Part shown: in pieces, positions 52,470 through 62,934 of the stretch
Position numbering within the stretch: the first letter of the stretch is position 1
Layout of the letters: every line of letters starts with the position of its first letter
DNA from: an uncultured Pseudomonadota bacterium
GTDB taxonomy: Bacteria; Pseudomonadota; Gammaproteobacteria; Burkholderiales; Casimicrobiaceae
DNA length: 64,000 nt
Direction: 5' to 3'
Assembly: GCA_963768545.1 (NCBI GenBank)
Contig: CAVYIC010000006.1
Coordinates: forward strand, 97,626 to 161,625
Position numbers and translations under genes: made by a program
Notes under the pieces: model-generated
Database searches by the model: none
What the model saw: only the letters and a program-made list of their open reading frames with translations
Told to the model about the DNA's origin: nothing

Positions 52470-53366
52470 TTACACCAGCGTCGATGCAACTCGAACGATC
52501 GCGTCGCGCGTGGGCAGCGAATCCTGCGCGCCTGCGCGAAGACATGCGAGGCTGCCGGCCGCCGCGCCTTCGCGCACAGCGTCCGCGATCGCTTCTCCGC
52601 GATCGAGCGCCGCAGCGAGCGCAGCCGTGAATGCGTCGCCCGCACCGACACTGTCGACGACTTCGGTCGCGGGCGCTGCGCGCTCGCCGATCTCGCCCTC
52701 GTGCATGTACAGCACGCCCCTTGCACCTCGGGTGACGATGACCCCGCGTCCGGGTGCGGCGAGCTGGCGACAGCACACCCGCACGTCTCCCGGCGCGTCA
52801 TCGCCTGCCAATGTCTTCGCTTCCCCTTCGTTGACGACCAGCACGTTCACCGCATCCAGCAGGTGCGCGCTCAGCACCCGTGCGGGCGCCCCGTTGAGAA
52901 TCACACGAGCGCCACGACGACGCGCACGGGACGCCAGCGCGGTGATCTCTTCGAGCGGCACTTCGAGCTGCATCAGCAGCGTCGTGCGAGTGTCCAGAAG
53001 CTCGTCGGGAACCTGGGCAGCACGCGCGTCCGCGTTCGCGCCCGCGACGACGGTGATGCAATTCTCGCCGGTGTCGTCGACATGAATCAGTGCAACGCCC
53101 GTCGGTGTGTCGCTCTCGCGAATACCGGAAAGATCCACGCCTTCCGTGCGCAGGCCATGCAAGGCAATGGGCGCCATCGCATCGCGGCCCACGCATCCGA
53201 AGAGTCGCACAAAAGAGCCGGCGCGCGCGGCACCGAGCGCCTGGTTGGCACCTTTGCCGCCGGGCATCATCGAAAACTCGCGCCCGGCCAGCGTCTCGCC
53301 GGGCCCCGGCAAGCGCGGCACACGCGCAATCAGGTCGACGTTGATGGAACCGAAGACGACGATCAT
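52470..53366 (-). CDS. rbsK: Ribokinase / PfkB family sugar kinase
   Basis: GSINVD, PGGKGANQA, NEGEA, DSVGAGDAF. Confidence 0.85.
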   Translation of the reverse strand: MIVVFGSINVDLIARVPRLPGPGETLAGREFSMMPGGKGANQALGAARAGSFVRLFGCVGRDAMAPIALHGLRTEGVDLSGIRESDTPTGVALIHVDDTGENCITVVAGANADARAAQVPDELLDTRTTLLMQLEVPLEEITALASRARRRGARVILNGAPARVLSAHLLDAVNVLVVNEGEAKTLAGDDAPGDVRVCCRQLAAPGRGVIVTRGARGVLYMHEGEIGERAAPATEVVDSVGAGDAFTAALAAALDRGEAIADAVREGAAAGSLACLRAGAQDSLPTRDAIVRVASTLV

Positions 53367-53385
53367 GCGTTCCCGTGACCAGGCC

Positions 53386-54279
53386 TCAGGCGCCTTTGAC
53401 GCCGCCATGCGTGAGCCCGGCCACGATCTCCTTCTGGATGAAAATCGTAAGTAGCAGGACGGGCAGCGTGACGACGATTGCGGCCGCCGCCAGCGGGCCC
53501 CACGCAAGCTGCTCGAACGTGAGCACGTTGTAGACAGCCGCCGGCAGCGTTCGCGTCGCGCGGCCGGCGAGCACCGCACCGAACACGAAGTTGTTCCAGG
53601 AGAAGATGAACGCGAGGATCGTCGCGACGACGATACCGGGACGCGCGAGCGGCAGTGCGACGTAACGAAGCGTGCTCCAGACGCTGCCGCCGTCGATCAG
53701 CGCCGCCTCCTCCAGCTCGCGCGGCAACGTCTCGAAATAGCCGGCCATCACATACACGACGATCGGCACGGTGATCACGAGGTGCGTGATCACCAGCGCG
53801 GTCAGCGTGTTGTTCAGGCCGAGGAACTGGAACACGGTGAAGAGCGGGATCAGGAACGACAGCGCCGGGGTCATTCGCGCGATCAGGATGAGCACGAGCG
53901 TGCGCGAAGCCTGCAGCCGCGCGATGCCGTAGCCCGCCGGAACGCCGACGACGAGCGCCACCAGCGTCGCGCATCCGGACACGATCAGGCTGTTGCGGAA
54001 ATACAAACCCATCGCGTTCTGCGAGAACACGTGGACATAGTTCGCGAGCGTCGGCGGATCGGGAATGAATACCGGCGGATAGGTCATGTTTTCCAGCTCG
54101 TTCTTCAGCGACAGCGAAAGCATCCACAGGAACACCAGGATGGCCGGCGAAACGATCACCGCCACCGCGAACGCGAAAGCGATCTTGCGCGTGAGGCGCC
54201 GCAGCCGGGCACGCGGGGCGCGGCGATGTGCAGCCGGCGATCCGGAGCGCGCGAGGCGGCCAGGGGCGAGCGCGGGCAT
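53386..54279 (-). CDS. Carbohydrate ABC transporter permease (MalG-like)
   Basis: ELEEAALIDGG EAA loop; FIFSWNNF. Confidence 0.9.
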   Translation of the reverse strand: MPALAPGRLARSGSPAAHRRAPRARLRRLTRKIAFAFAVAVIVSPAILVFLWMLSLSLKNELENMTYPPVFIPDPPTLANYVHVFSQNAMGLYFRNSLIVSGCATLVALVVGVPAGYGIARLQASRTLVLILIARMTPALSFLIPLFTVFQFLGLNNTLTALVITHLVITVPIVVYVMAGYFETLPRELEEAALIDGGSVWSTLRYVALPLARPGIVVATILAFIFSWNNFVFGAVLAGRATRTLPAAVYNVLTFEQLAWGPLAAAAIVVTLPVLLLTIFIQKEIVAGLTHGGVKGA

Positions 54280-54286
54280 TTGGCAG

Positions 54287-55201
54287 CTAAGCAACCCAGC
54301 GCGTGCGCTCGCGCACGTGCAGCAGCAACAGCGCGAGCGCCAACGATGATCGCAAAGAACACCACGACGACCGCCGAAGCGTTGCCCACGTTGTAGAACG
54401 CGAACGCCTGCAGGTACAGGTAGAGGTTGATCGTTTCCGACGCGGTGCCCGGGCCACCCTGACTGATCACGTAGATCGTGTCGAACGCCTTGACGGCATC
54501 GATCGTGCGGATCACCGCCGCGACGACGATGAACGGCATGATCAGCGGCAGCGTGATGTAGCGGAAGAGCTGCCATTCGGAAGCGCCGTCGAGACGCGCC
54601 GATTCGTAGGGCTCCGTAGGCAGCGCCGCCAGCCCTCCGAGCACGATCAGCATGACAAGCGGCGTCCAGTGCCACACTTCGACGAGGACGAGGCTCGGGA
54701 TCACCCAGGTCGGCGAGTAGACCCACAGTGACGGCGGCAGGCCGACCTGCGTCAGCAGGTAGTTCAGCACGCCCTGCTGCGGATGAAACATCATCGTCCA
54801 TACGAGCGCGACGGCCACCGGCGTCGCCATCATGGGCATCGTGAAGATCGCACGCAGAAAACCGCGCCCCGGAATTCGCGATGAAAGACGAGCGCCGCGG
54901 CGGTCCCGAGGAGAAGCGGGAAGATGACGGCGAGCAGCGTGAAGTAGAACGTGTGGACGATCGACTCGAGGAAGCGCTGGTTCGTCACGAGGCCCGCGTA
55001 ATTGCCGAGACCGACGAAATGCGCCGCCTCGCCGATCTTCCAGTCGAACGCGCTCATGTAGACGGTGAACAGCCACGGGAACACGATCACCGCGGCGACG
55101 ACGAGCGTCGCCGGCACGGTCAGCAGCCGGTAGCTGCGCCGGCGACGAAGGAGAAATCCCGTGCGCGGCGCGGAAACAGCTACGGCGGCGTTCGTCGACA
55201 T
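54287..55201 (-). CDS. Carbohydrate ABC transporter permease (MalF-like), frameshifted
   Basis: FVGLGNY; EVWHWTP; YESARLDGA; GGPGTASET. Confidence 0.88.
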
Positions 55202-55265
55202 CGAACCGGGAGCGATGCCGCGGCGCCGCCTTTTGCAGGCAATGCCGCGGCGGCCTAACGGCGCA

Positions 55266-56627
55266 TCATGCCTTTTCGCTCTTGTCGAGCACCGGCTGGA
55301 ATTCCGCGGTGGCCTTGCGCAATTCGGTCGCCGGATCGGCGCCGTTGATCATGTTGGTGAGCGCCACGCCGAAGACGTCGCGGAACTCCGTCACCGGCCC
55401 AATCACCGGCAGACCCGGTTGCGCGATCGCCGCTGACTTCAGCATGCAATCGACCCATTCCTTCGGCGCCTTGAAATCGCCCGATTGCTGCGCCGCGGCG
55501 TACGCCGAATTGCGCACGGGGGCGCCCGCCGCCGCCTGCAGCATGCGCGTCTGGTTGCTCTTGTTCGATGCCCATTGCAGGTAATACCAGGCGGGACCTT
55601 TCTTCTTGCTGTACGCGGAGATGCCTTCGCCGTCGCCGAACAGCGCGGATACCTGCTGCTTGGGGCCCGCCGGCATGACGCCGTAGCCGACCTTGCCCAC
55701 GATGCGCGATTTCGCCGGGTCCTCGAGCGGCTGCGCGAACCCGATGCCGTCGAGCCACATCGCCGCCTTGCCCTGCAGGAACAACGTCTGCGACTCGTTC
55801 CAGTTGAACCCCGCGACGCCCTGCGGACCGTATTTCGCGAGCAGCGTCTGATACATCTTGCCCGCCTCGATCGCTTCGGGCGAATCCGTCAGGAGCTTGC
55901 CCTTGGCGTCCATGAATGTGCCGCCGTAGCCGAGCAGAAAGCTCGACCAGACCGGCACGTTCGCATTCTTGAGACCGCGCGCCACGAACCCGGCGATGCC
56001 CTTGCCCGGGTCGTTCAGCTTGGCGGCCGCGTCGATCATTTCCGCGAATGTCTTCGGATACGGAACGTTCCTGGCCGCGAACAATTCCTTGTTGTAATAG
56101 ACGACCCACGGATCGAGATTCAGCGGCAGGCTCATCACGCGTCCGTCCGGCTCGATCGCGTAGTTGAGGCCGCCCTTCGCGAAGTCGCCGAAGTCGAGGT
56201 CCGGCGCGGCCATCGAGGCGTCGTTGATATAGGGACGCACGTCGGTCAGCCAATTGTTCTTCGCGAACTGGCGCTTCTGGACGTGGTAGGACAGCGCGAT
56301 CACGTCGAAGCTCGGATTGCCCGAATTGAATTCGATGACCGCCTTCTGGCGCTGCTGCTGCTCGGGGATCATTTCCGAACCGACCTCGATGCCGGTCAGA
56401 TCCTCGAATTCCTTGTGGTACTTGGTGAGCAGATCGCCGCGCGGGCTTTTCACCAGGAACACTTCGATCTTCTGACCCTTGAAGCGTTTCCAGTCGAATG
56501 CGCCCTGCGCGTACGCAGTCAGCGCGCCGACACCCGGCAGCACACCGAGTGCAGCCGCGCCGGTCCCCGCCTGGAGCAGTCGACGGCGCAGCGTGTCGGC
56601 GGATTCGGAGTGCGCGCGATCGGTCAT
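55266..56627 (-). CDS. Sugar ABC transporter substrate-binding protein (Tat signal)
   Basis: LRRRLLQAG twin-arginine leader; FEDLTGI; YYNKELF; SBP_bac_1-like. Confidence 0.9.
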   Translation of the reverse strand: MTDRAHSESADTLRRRLLQAGTGAAALGVLPGVGALTAYAQGAFDWKRFKGQKIEVFLVKSPRGDLLTKYHKEFEDLTGIEVGSEMIPEQQQRQKAVIEFNSGNPSFDVIALSYHVQKRQFAKNNWLTDVRPYINDASMAAPDLDFGDFAKGGLNYAIEPDGRVMSLPLNLDPWVVYYNKELFAARNVPYPKTFAEMIDAAAKLNDPGKGIAGFVARGLKNANVPVWSSFLLGYGGTFMDAKGKLLTDSPEAIEAGKMYQTLLAKYGPQGVAGFNWNESQTLFLQGKAAMWLDGIGFAQPLEDPAKSRIVGKVGYGVMPAGPKQQVSALFGDGEGISAYSKKKGPAWYYLQWASNKSNQTRMLQAAAGAPVRNSAYAAAQQSGDFKAPKEWVDCMLKSAAIAQPGLPVIGPVTEFRDVFGVALTNMINGADPATELRKATAEFQPVLDKSEKA

Positions 56628-56728
56628 GACATCCTCCTCGGGTAGTGAGCCTATCGATGCCGGGCAACGGGTCGTGGCGCGGATGGATAGTGGACCGGAG
56701 CACGGCGCCGGTCAACGGAGCCGGTTGC

Positions 56729-57631
56729 TCAAGGCAGGAAACCCGTTTCGCGAAGCGAAGCCACGAGATCGTCCCGCGCGGCATCGGGCAGCGCGGTCCA
56801 GGGCGGACGGACCGCGCGCCAGCCAGGATCATTCGTTTGCGCGGCCTTGATCGCCTTGAACGCGGGCAGGAACGGAAAGCGCAAGAGCACGTCCAGGAAT
56901 TGCCGGAGGCGCGTCGTATCCGCGTCCGATACATCGCGCGCGAGGACCGCGCGCACGATGCCGGGGTAGACGTTCGCCACCGCGCAGATCGTGCCCGCAC
57001 CACCGGCGCGCATCAATTGCGGCAAGTGCGGTTCGTGGCCCACCAGGATATCGAGTTGCGGCACGCGTTCCAGCAGTTGTGCCGTATGCGTCCAATCCGC
57101 CGCGCTGTCCTTGACGCCCGCGACCAGGCCCGGATAGGCGGACGCGAGCCGGCTCACCACGTCGGGACTCACGCGCACGCCGCTGAATTGCGGAATGTGA
57201 TACAGGTAAAGACGCAGGCGAGGATCCGCGACGGCGTCGATCAAGCCGGCATAGAACGCAAACACGGCATCGTCCGCCACCTCCTTGAAGAAGAAAGGTG
57301 GCAACACCAGGCAGCGCACGACGCCATTGTCGAGCGCATGCCGCGTGAGCTCGACGGTGTCGGTAACCGCGGCACAGCCGGTTGCGGCCACCATTCGGCC
57401 TGGCGCAATGCCGGCGTCCAGCAGCGCTTTGAGCCCCACGCGACGCTCGGCAACGGAAAACGAGGGCCCCTCTCCGGAGGTGCCAAACACGGCAACACCG
57501 TCCACGCCGTCGGCAAACAGCGCTTGCACATGAGCCGCCAGGCGCTCCGAATCGCAGCGTCCGGCGCCGTCGAGCGGCGTCAGCGTCGCGCACCAGAGGC
57601 CGCGAACGCGGTCGTCTTCGTTCATCGTCAC
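56729..57631 (-). CDS. Dihydrodipicolinate synthase family (DapA-like) aldolase/dehydratase
   Basis: FGTSGEG, LYHIPQ, Schiff-base GVKDS. Confidence 0.9.
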   Translation of the reverse strand: MTMNEDDRVRGLWCATLTPLDGAGRCDSERLAAHVQALFADGVDGVAVFGTSGEGPSFSVAERRVGLKALLDAGIAPGRMVAATGCAAVTDTVELTRHALDNGVVRCLVLPPFFFKEVADDAVFAFYAGLIDAVADPRLRLYLYHIPQFSGVRVSPDVVSRLASAYPGLVAGVKDSAADWTHTAQLLERVPQLDILVGHEPHLPQLMRAGGAGTICAVANVYPGIVRAVLARDVSDADTTRLRQFLDVLLRFPFLPAFKAIKAAQTNDPGWRAVRPPWTALPDAARDDLVASLRETGFLP

Positions 57632-58456
57632 TTGACCGCCCCTGCCGTCAGCCCGCGCACGATCGCGCGCTGAGCAAAGAACAGTAGCACGAGCGACGGC
57701 AGCGTCGACAGTACGGCGCCGGCCGCCATGGCGCCGTACTTGGTCTCGTTCTCCTGCGCGTACTTGGCGATCGCGACCGGCACAGTCGCGGTCTGGCGCG
57801 CCGTGAGGTTGAGCGCCACGACGAACTCGTTCCAGCTATGAATGAATACGAGGATCGCCGTCGCTGCGATGCCCGGCATCACGACCGGCACGACGACACG
57901 CCACAGCATCTGCAGCGTCCCACAGCCGTCGATCCGCGCGGCCTCTTCCAGCTCGCGCGGCACTTCGCGGATGAACGTGGCCATCAGCCAGAGGCCGATC
58001 GGCAGGTTCAGCGTGGCGTGCGCGAGGATCACCGCGGGATACGTGTTGTAGAGGCCGAGCGCCCGGAAGCCGACGTACCACGCGCCGACGAGCGTAATCG
58101 CCGGGATGGCGTTGAAGACGGCCGCGCCCAGCAGGAACCCGTGCACCACCCAGCGCGGCCAGCCGAGCCGCTCGATCGAATATGCGCCCAAGCGTCGCGA
58201 CGATCAGCACGATCAGCGTGCTCGCCGTCGCCACGATCAGGCTGTTGCGGTAGTTCGCGATGTAGTCGGACGTGCCCGAGAACAGCACTTCGTTGAAATT
58301 GGCAAGCGTCGGCGTGAATGCGACCTCGCCGATCATCAGCGAGATCTGCGTCTTGAAGGCGGCCAGCGTGATCCAGACGAACGGAAACAGCACGATCACG
58401 CCGGCGGCGATCAGGCCCGCATGAATGCCCAGCGCGCCGAGCTTCGTATGCTTCAT
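57628..58456 (-). CDS. Carbohydrate ABC transporter permease, frameshifted
   Basis: ELEEAARIDG; HSWNEF. Confidence 0.88.
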
Positions 58457-59340
58457 GCAGGCACACCCCGCCGCTGGGTCGCAGCGCGCGCGGCGATGAA
58501 GACCAGCGCCAGCCCGAACAGGACGATGACCGACATCGCCGACCCGTAGCCCGTCTGGCCCTCGGTGAAGAAGCGGCGAAAGATCGTATAGCTCACCACT
58601 TCCGTCGCGGTGCCCGGGCCGCCCCCGGTCAGCAGGTAGATTTCGTCGAACACCTTGACCCCGACGATGATGCGGAACAGCATCGTCACGACGATCGTCG
58701 GCAGCATCAGCGGCAGCGTGATGTAGCGCAGTTCCTGAAAGAACGTCGCGCCGTCGACACGCGCGGCCTCGTACACGTCCTGCGGCAGGCTTTCGAGTCC
58801 GGCCAGCATCAGCAGGAACACGAACGGCGTCCAGTGCCAGACGTCGACCGCGATGACGGCGGCGAGCGCCGTCGCGCCATTGCCGAGCCAATCGATCGGA
58901 CGCACGCCGATCACGCCGAGAAGCTGGTTCAGCACGCCGAAATCGAAGTTGTACATCAGCTTCCAGATCGCGCCGATGACGATGCCGGGCACCAGGATCG
59001 GCAGGATGAATACCGTTCGATAGAGCACCCGTGCGCGCGCAATCCTGGTCGTCAGCAGCGCGAGCGCGAAGCCGAGGATCATCTGGACCACCACGGCGCT
59101 GACGGCGAAGACGACGGTGTTCGCCACACCCGTGCGAAACAGCGCATCGCGCAGCACCCGCGCGTACTGCTCGAATCCGACGAAGTGCCATTGCGCCTTG
59201 CCCTGCACCCAATCGATGCGCGACAGGCTCATCGCGACGAGCTCGCCGATCGGCACCAGCGCGACCGCGACAAAGAGCAGAAGCGCCGGAGCAAGCGTCC
59301 AGTACCGCGCGGCCGTCAGTGTCCTGATTGGGATACCTTC
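58453..59340 (-). CDS. Carbohydrate ABC transporter permease (start approximate)
   Basis: DVWHWTPF; YEAARVDGA; GGPGTAT. Confidence 0.88.
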   Translation of the reverse strand, partial: EGIPIRTLTAARYWTLAPALLLFVAVALVPIGELVAMSLSRIDWVQGKAQWHFVGFEQYARVLRDALFRTGVANTVVFAVSAVVVQMILGFALALLTTRIARARVLYRTVFILPILVPGIVIGAIWKLMYNFDFGVLNQLLGVIGVRPIDWLGNGATALAAVIAVDVWHWTPFVFLLMLAGLESLPQDVYEAARVDGATFFQELRYITLPLMLPTIVVTMLFRIIVGVKVFDEIYLLTGGGPGTATEVVSYTIFRRFFTEGQTGYGSAMSVIVLFGLALVFIAARAATQRRGVPA

Positions 59341-59385
59341 GTGCTTCGCACTCCGGTATTCGCGTCCTGGGGCGGCCCGGCGCGC

Positions 59386-60441
59386 TCATGCGCTTTCGCG
59401 CACCATGATCTCGAAACCGACGTCGATCGTCGTCGCCGCGATCGGACGTCCTTCGAGGCGATCGAGGATCATCTGCGCCGCGCGGCGGCCGATTTCATCG
59501 CGCGGCACCCGCACCGTCGTGAGCGCGGGCACGAGATGCGCACCCATGCCCGCGTCGTTGAAGCCTGCGATGGCGATGCGGTCCGGCACCTTCCAGCCGC
59601 GCCGCAGGCACATGAGCAGCGCACCGATGGCGCGCACTTCGCTCGCCGCGAAGATCGCCGTGCAACGCGGGTGCCGCTCGACGATCCGCAGGAGCGCCTG
59701 CCCGCCGGCGTCGAGATCCGATGCGCATTCGACCGCCAGCGTCCGCGCACGCGCAAGCCGTTTCGACTCGACCGCTTCCGCATAGGCGCGGCGCCGATCG
59801 GCTGACTGCGGATTGCCCCTGGTCGGCGCGCCGATGAAACCGATCGTACGATGGCCGCGAGCGACGAGGTGCGTCATCATCGCGCGCGCAGCATCGTAGT
59901 TCGAGAATCCGACGACCATGTCGATCGGATCGCGCGTCAGATTTCCGGTCTCGACGACAGGCACGTGTCCGCGTGCCAGCAAACGGCGCGTCGAATCGGT
60001 GTGCTCGACGTTGCTCAACACGATGCCATCGGCGCGCCGTCCGAGAAATGCCGCAACCAGCTTTTCCTCGCCCTCGAGCGCGTAGCCGCTGTCGCCGATC
60101 AGCGCCTCGAAGCCGCGGCCGCGCAATACGTCGGACAGCCCGGCGACGGTCGACGCGTAGATCGACGCGGTGATCGTCGGCACGACAAGTCCGACGAGTC
60201 GCGTGCGCCGGCTCGTGAGGCTGCTCGCGACGAGATCGGGGACGTAGCCGGTGACCGCAACGGCGGCCGCGACCCGCGCGCGTGCCTGCGGGGAAACCTT
60301 GTGGGGCTCGCGCAGCGCGCGCGAGACGGTGATCGGTGACAGTTTCGCGACCAGCGCGACGTCGACAAGCCGCGGAACGCGGGTCGAAGCGATGGCGGTC
60401 AACGAAGCGGAGCGAACGCGGCGCACGGGCGAGACCAGCAT
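59386..60441 (-). CDS. LacI family transcriptional regulator
   Basis: LVDVALVAKLSPITVSRAL HTH; GYVPDLVASSL hinge; VPDRIAIAGFND; PALTTV. Confidence 0.93.
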   Translation of the reverse strand: MLVSPVRRVRSASLTAIASTRVPRLVDVALVAKLSPITVSRALREPHKVSPQARARVAAAVAVTGYVPDLVASSLTSRRTRLVGLVVPTITASIYASTVAGLSDVLRGRGFEALIGDSGYALEGEEKLVAAFLGRRADGIVLSNVEHTDSTRRLLARGHVPVVETGNLTRDPIDMVVGFSNYDAARAMMTHLVARGHRTIGFIGAPTRGNPQSADRRRAYAEAVESKRLARARTLAVECASDLDAGGQALLRIVERHPRCTAIFAASEVRAIGALLMCLRRGWKVPDRIAIAGFNDAGMGAHLVPALTTVRVPRDEIGRRAAQMILDRLEGRPIAATTIDVGFEIMVRESA

Positions 60442-60494
60442 TGACAGGTCGCGCTGCACAGTAGCAATATTCCCGATGATTGCGCAATCATCGG
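60441..60494 (+). promoter_or_regulatory. Sigma70-like promoter (TTGACA at 60441) with perfect 22-bp palindromic LacI-type operator (60473-60494)
   Basis: TTGACA-N18-CAATAT, then CCGATGATTGC|GCAATCATCGG with a central CG. A weaker copy GGATTGCGCAAAC lies at about 60501. Confidence 0.75.
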
Positions 60495-60538
60495 CACGGA
60501 GGATTGCGCAAACGACGTCCATCCAGGAGGAGGCTCCA

Positions 60539-61890
60539 ATGACCCATTTCGCGAATCGTCGGCAATTCCTGCGTCGCGCGGGCGCGGCTGCGGCGGCGCT
60601 GACGCCGGCGTTCGGAATGCGACATGCCGCGGCGCAGTCGCCGAAGGCCGCCTCGATCACGATGGTGATCAACCAGTCGCCCTGGTTCGACGGATTCCGG
60701 CAGCTCGTCGTCGCAATACGAGAAGGAAACGGGCAACCACATCGAGCTCGACGTCAATCCGTACGCGGGCGCGCTCGACAAGATCCGCAATTCGTTGCGC
60801 GCCGGCAGCGGCTCGTACGACCTGCTCGCGATCGACAACAACTGGATGGTCGAATTCTTCGACGGCGGCTTTCTCACGCCGCTGACCGATCTCGATCCGA
60901 AGTTTCCGCTCGACCCGGGAATCAGCACGTACGGCGGAACGATCTACTGGAACGACAAGCTCCGCACGTTCGATCCGCGCGGCGGCAAGCTGATGGGCGT
61001 GCCCGTCAACGGCAATGTCGAGGTGTTCTACTACCGCAAGGACCTGTACGACCAGCACGGACTGAAGGTGCCGGAAACCTGGGACGACGTGCTCGCCAAT
61101 GCGGCGAAGCTCAACGACGGCGCGCGCGTCTACGGCTTCGTGCATCGCGACGATCGCGACTCCGCGCTGGCCGACTTCAGCAATTACCTGTTCAGCTTCG
61201 GCGGCGACGTCTTCAAGGACGCGAGCGCCGGGCGATTTCACCGTCACGCTCAACAGTCCCGCGGCACGGCGCGCGCTGGAGTTCTATCTGAAGCTCGGCA
61301 AGGCCGGCGGCTATCCGACGGCAGGCGCGGTCAGCCAGGGTCAGATGATCCAGCTGATGGCGACCGGCAAGGCCGCGCAGACGGTGGGCATCGTCGGCGC
61401 CTGGGCGCAACTCGAGGATCCGAGCAAATCGGCCGTCGTCGGCAAATTCGAGGCGGCGCTGATTCCGCGCAGCGCCGATGGGCGGACACGCCAGCCGCGC
61501 GGGTCACTGGATCGGCGCGATCGCGCGCAACGTGCCGCGCGAACGCCAGCTCGCGGCGCTGACGTTCCTCACCTGGTTCCAGACGCTCGATCATCAGCTC
61601 GCCTACACGCGCTACGGCGCGGTGCCCGTGCGCGTCGACCTGGGCGGCTCCGAGCTCGCACGCGATCCGAAGTTCCGCTTCCTGAAGGCGCAGTCGGAGA
61701 ATTCCAGGGTGGCGAAGATGTACGCGGTGATTCCGGAAGCGGCGCAGATGTCGTCGATCGTTTCGCTGCGGCTGAACGAATGCATCATCGGCAAGAGCTC
61801 GCCCGTGGAAACGCTCAATCGCGCGGCCGGCGAGGTGCAGGAGCTCGATCGCGCGCGGCGGCCGCAAGACCGGCCGCTTGCCGGATCTGA
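60539..61890 (+). CDS. Extracellular solute-binding protein (Tat signal), frameshifted
   Basis: NRRQFL Tat motif; YDLLAID; YYRKDL; VPETWD. Confidence 0.88.
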
Positions 61891-61891
61891 C

Positions 61892-62891
61892 GTGAGCGTT
61901 CGCAAGAGCCGACCGGGTGCACCTGCGCTGCCCGCGCTCGGTTACGGCGGCGGCAGCCTGTTTCCCGTGCGCGCCGAGCGCGACGCGGAGAACGTGCTGG
62001 CGTACGCGTACGACCGCGGCTTCCGTTATTTCGACACCGCGCCGCTCTATGCGAACGGCCTCGGCGAGCACTGGTTCGGAACCGCGCTTCGCCAGCGCAA
62101 TCGCGACGACGTTCGTGCTGTCGACGAAGGTCGGCCGGCGGCTGCGTCCGCACTGCGCCGCACCGGCGCCCGAGGACCGGCTGCCGTTCGAATTCTGGTA
62201 CGACTACAGCTACGACGGCGTGCTGCGCTCGCTGGAAGACAGCCTGCAGCGGCTCGGCCTGTGCCGCGTCGACATCGTGTTCATTCACGACGTCAATCCG
62301 CGCTGGCAAGGCGCCGACTATGAGCAGCGGTTCGCGGAGGCCATGGGTGGTGCCTATCCCGCGCTCGAGCGTCTGCGCAGCGAAGGCGTCGTGCGTGCGA
62401 TCGGCGTCGGCGTGAAGGGTGCGGACGTGTGCCTGCGCTTCGCAGGCGCCGGCGACTTCGACTTCTTCATGCTGGCGGGCGGCTACACGCTGCTCGAACA
62501 CGCGGCGCTCGACGATCTCCTGCCGCATTGCGAGCGGCACGGCACCGGCGTCATCGTGGCGTCGCCGTTCAATTCCGGCATCCTGGCGACGGGCGCAGTG
62601 CCGGGCGCGACGTTTTTCTATGCCGAGGCATCGCCCGAGATCGTCGAGCGGACGCGGCGCCTCGAAGCGGTGTGCGACACGGCATGGCGTGCCGCTCGGC
62701 GCCGCGGCGTTGCAGTTCACGTTGTCGCATCCCGCGGTCGTATCCGCCGTCTGCGGCTACGGACGACGGCCGAAGTCGATACGAATCTGAGCTGGTCGAC
62801 GCTGCCGATCCCTGCCGCGCTGTGGGAGGAGCTGAAGGCGAAGGCGCTCATTCCGTCGCACGCGCCGACGGGCAAACGCGCGCTCGCATGA
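61892..62891 (+). CDS. Aldo/keto reductase (aldose 1-dehydrogenase-like), frameshifted
   Basis: YFDTAPLY, LSTKVGR, DYSYDGVLRSLEDSLQRLG, IHD, AGGYTLL, SPFNSGILA. Confidence 0.88.
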
Positions 62892-62934
62892 AGGCTGCAT
62901 CGCGACGCGGCGCCCGCATCCCGACGCCACGGCA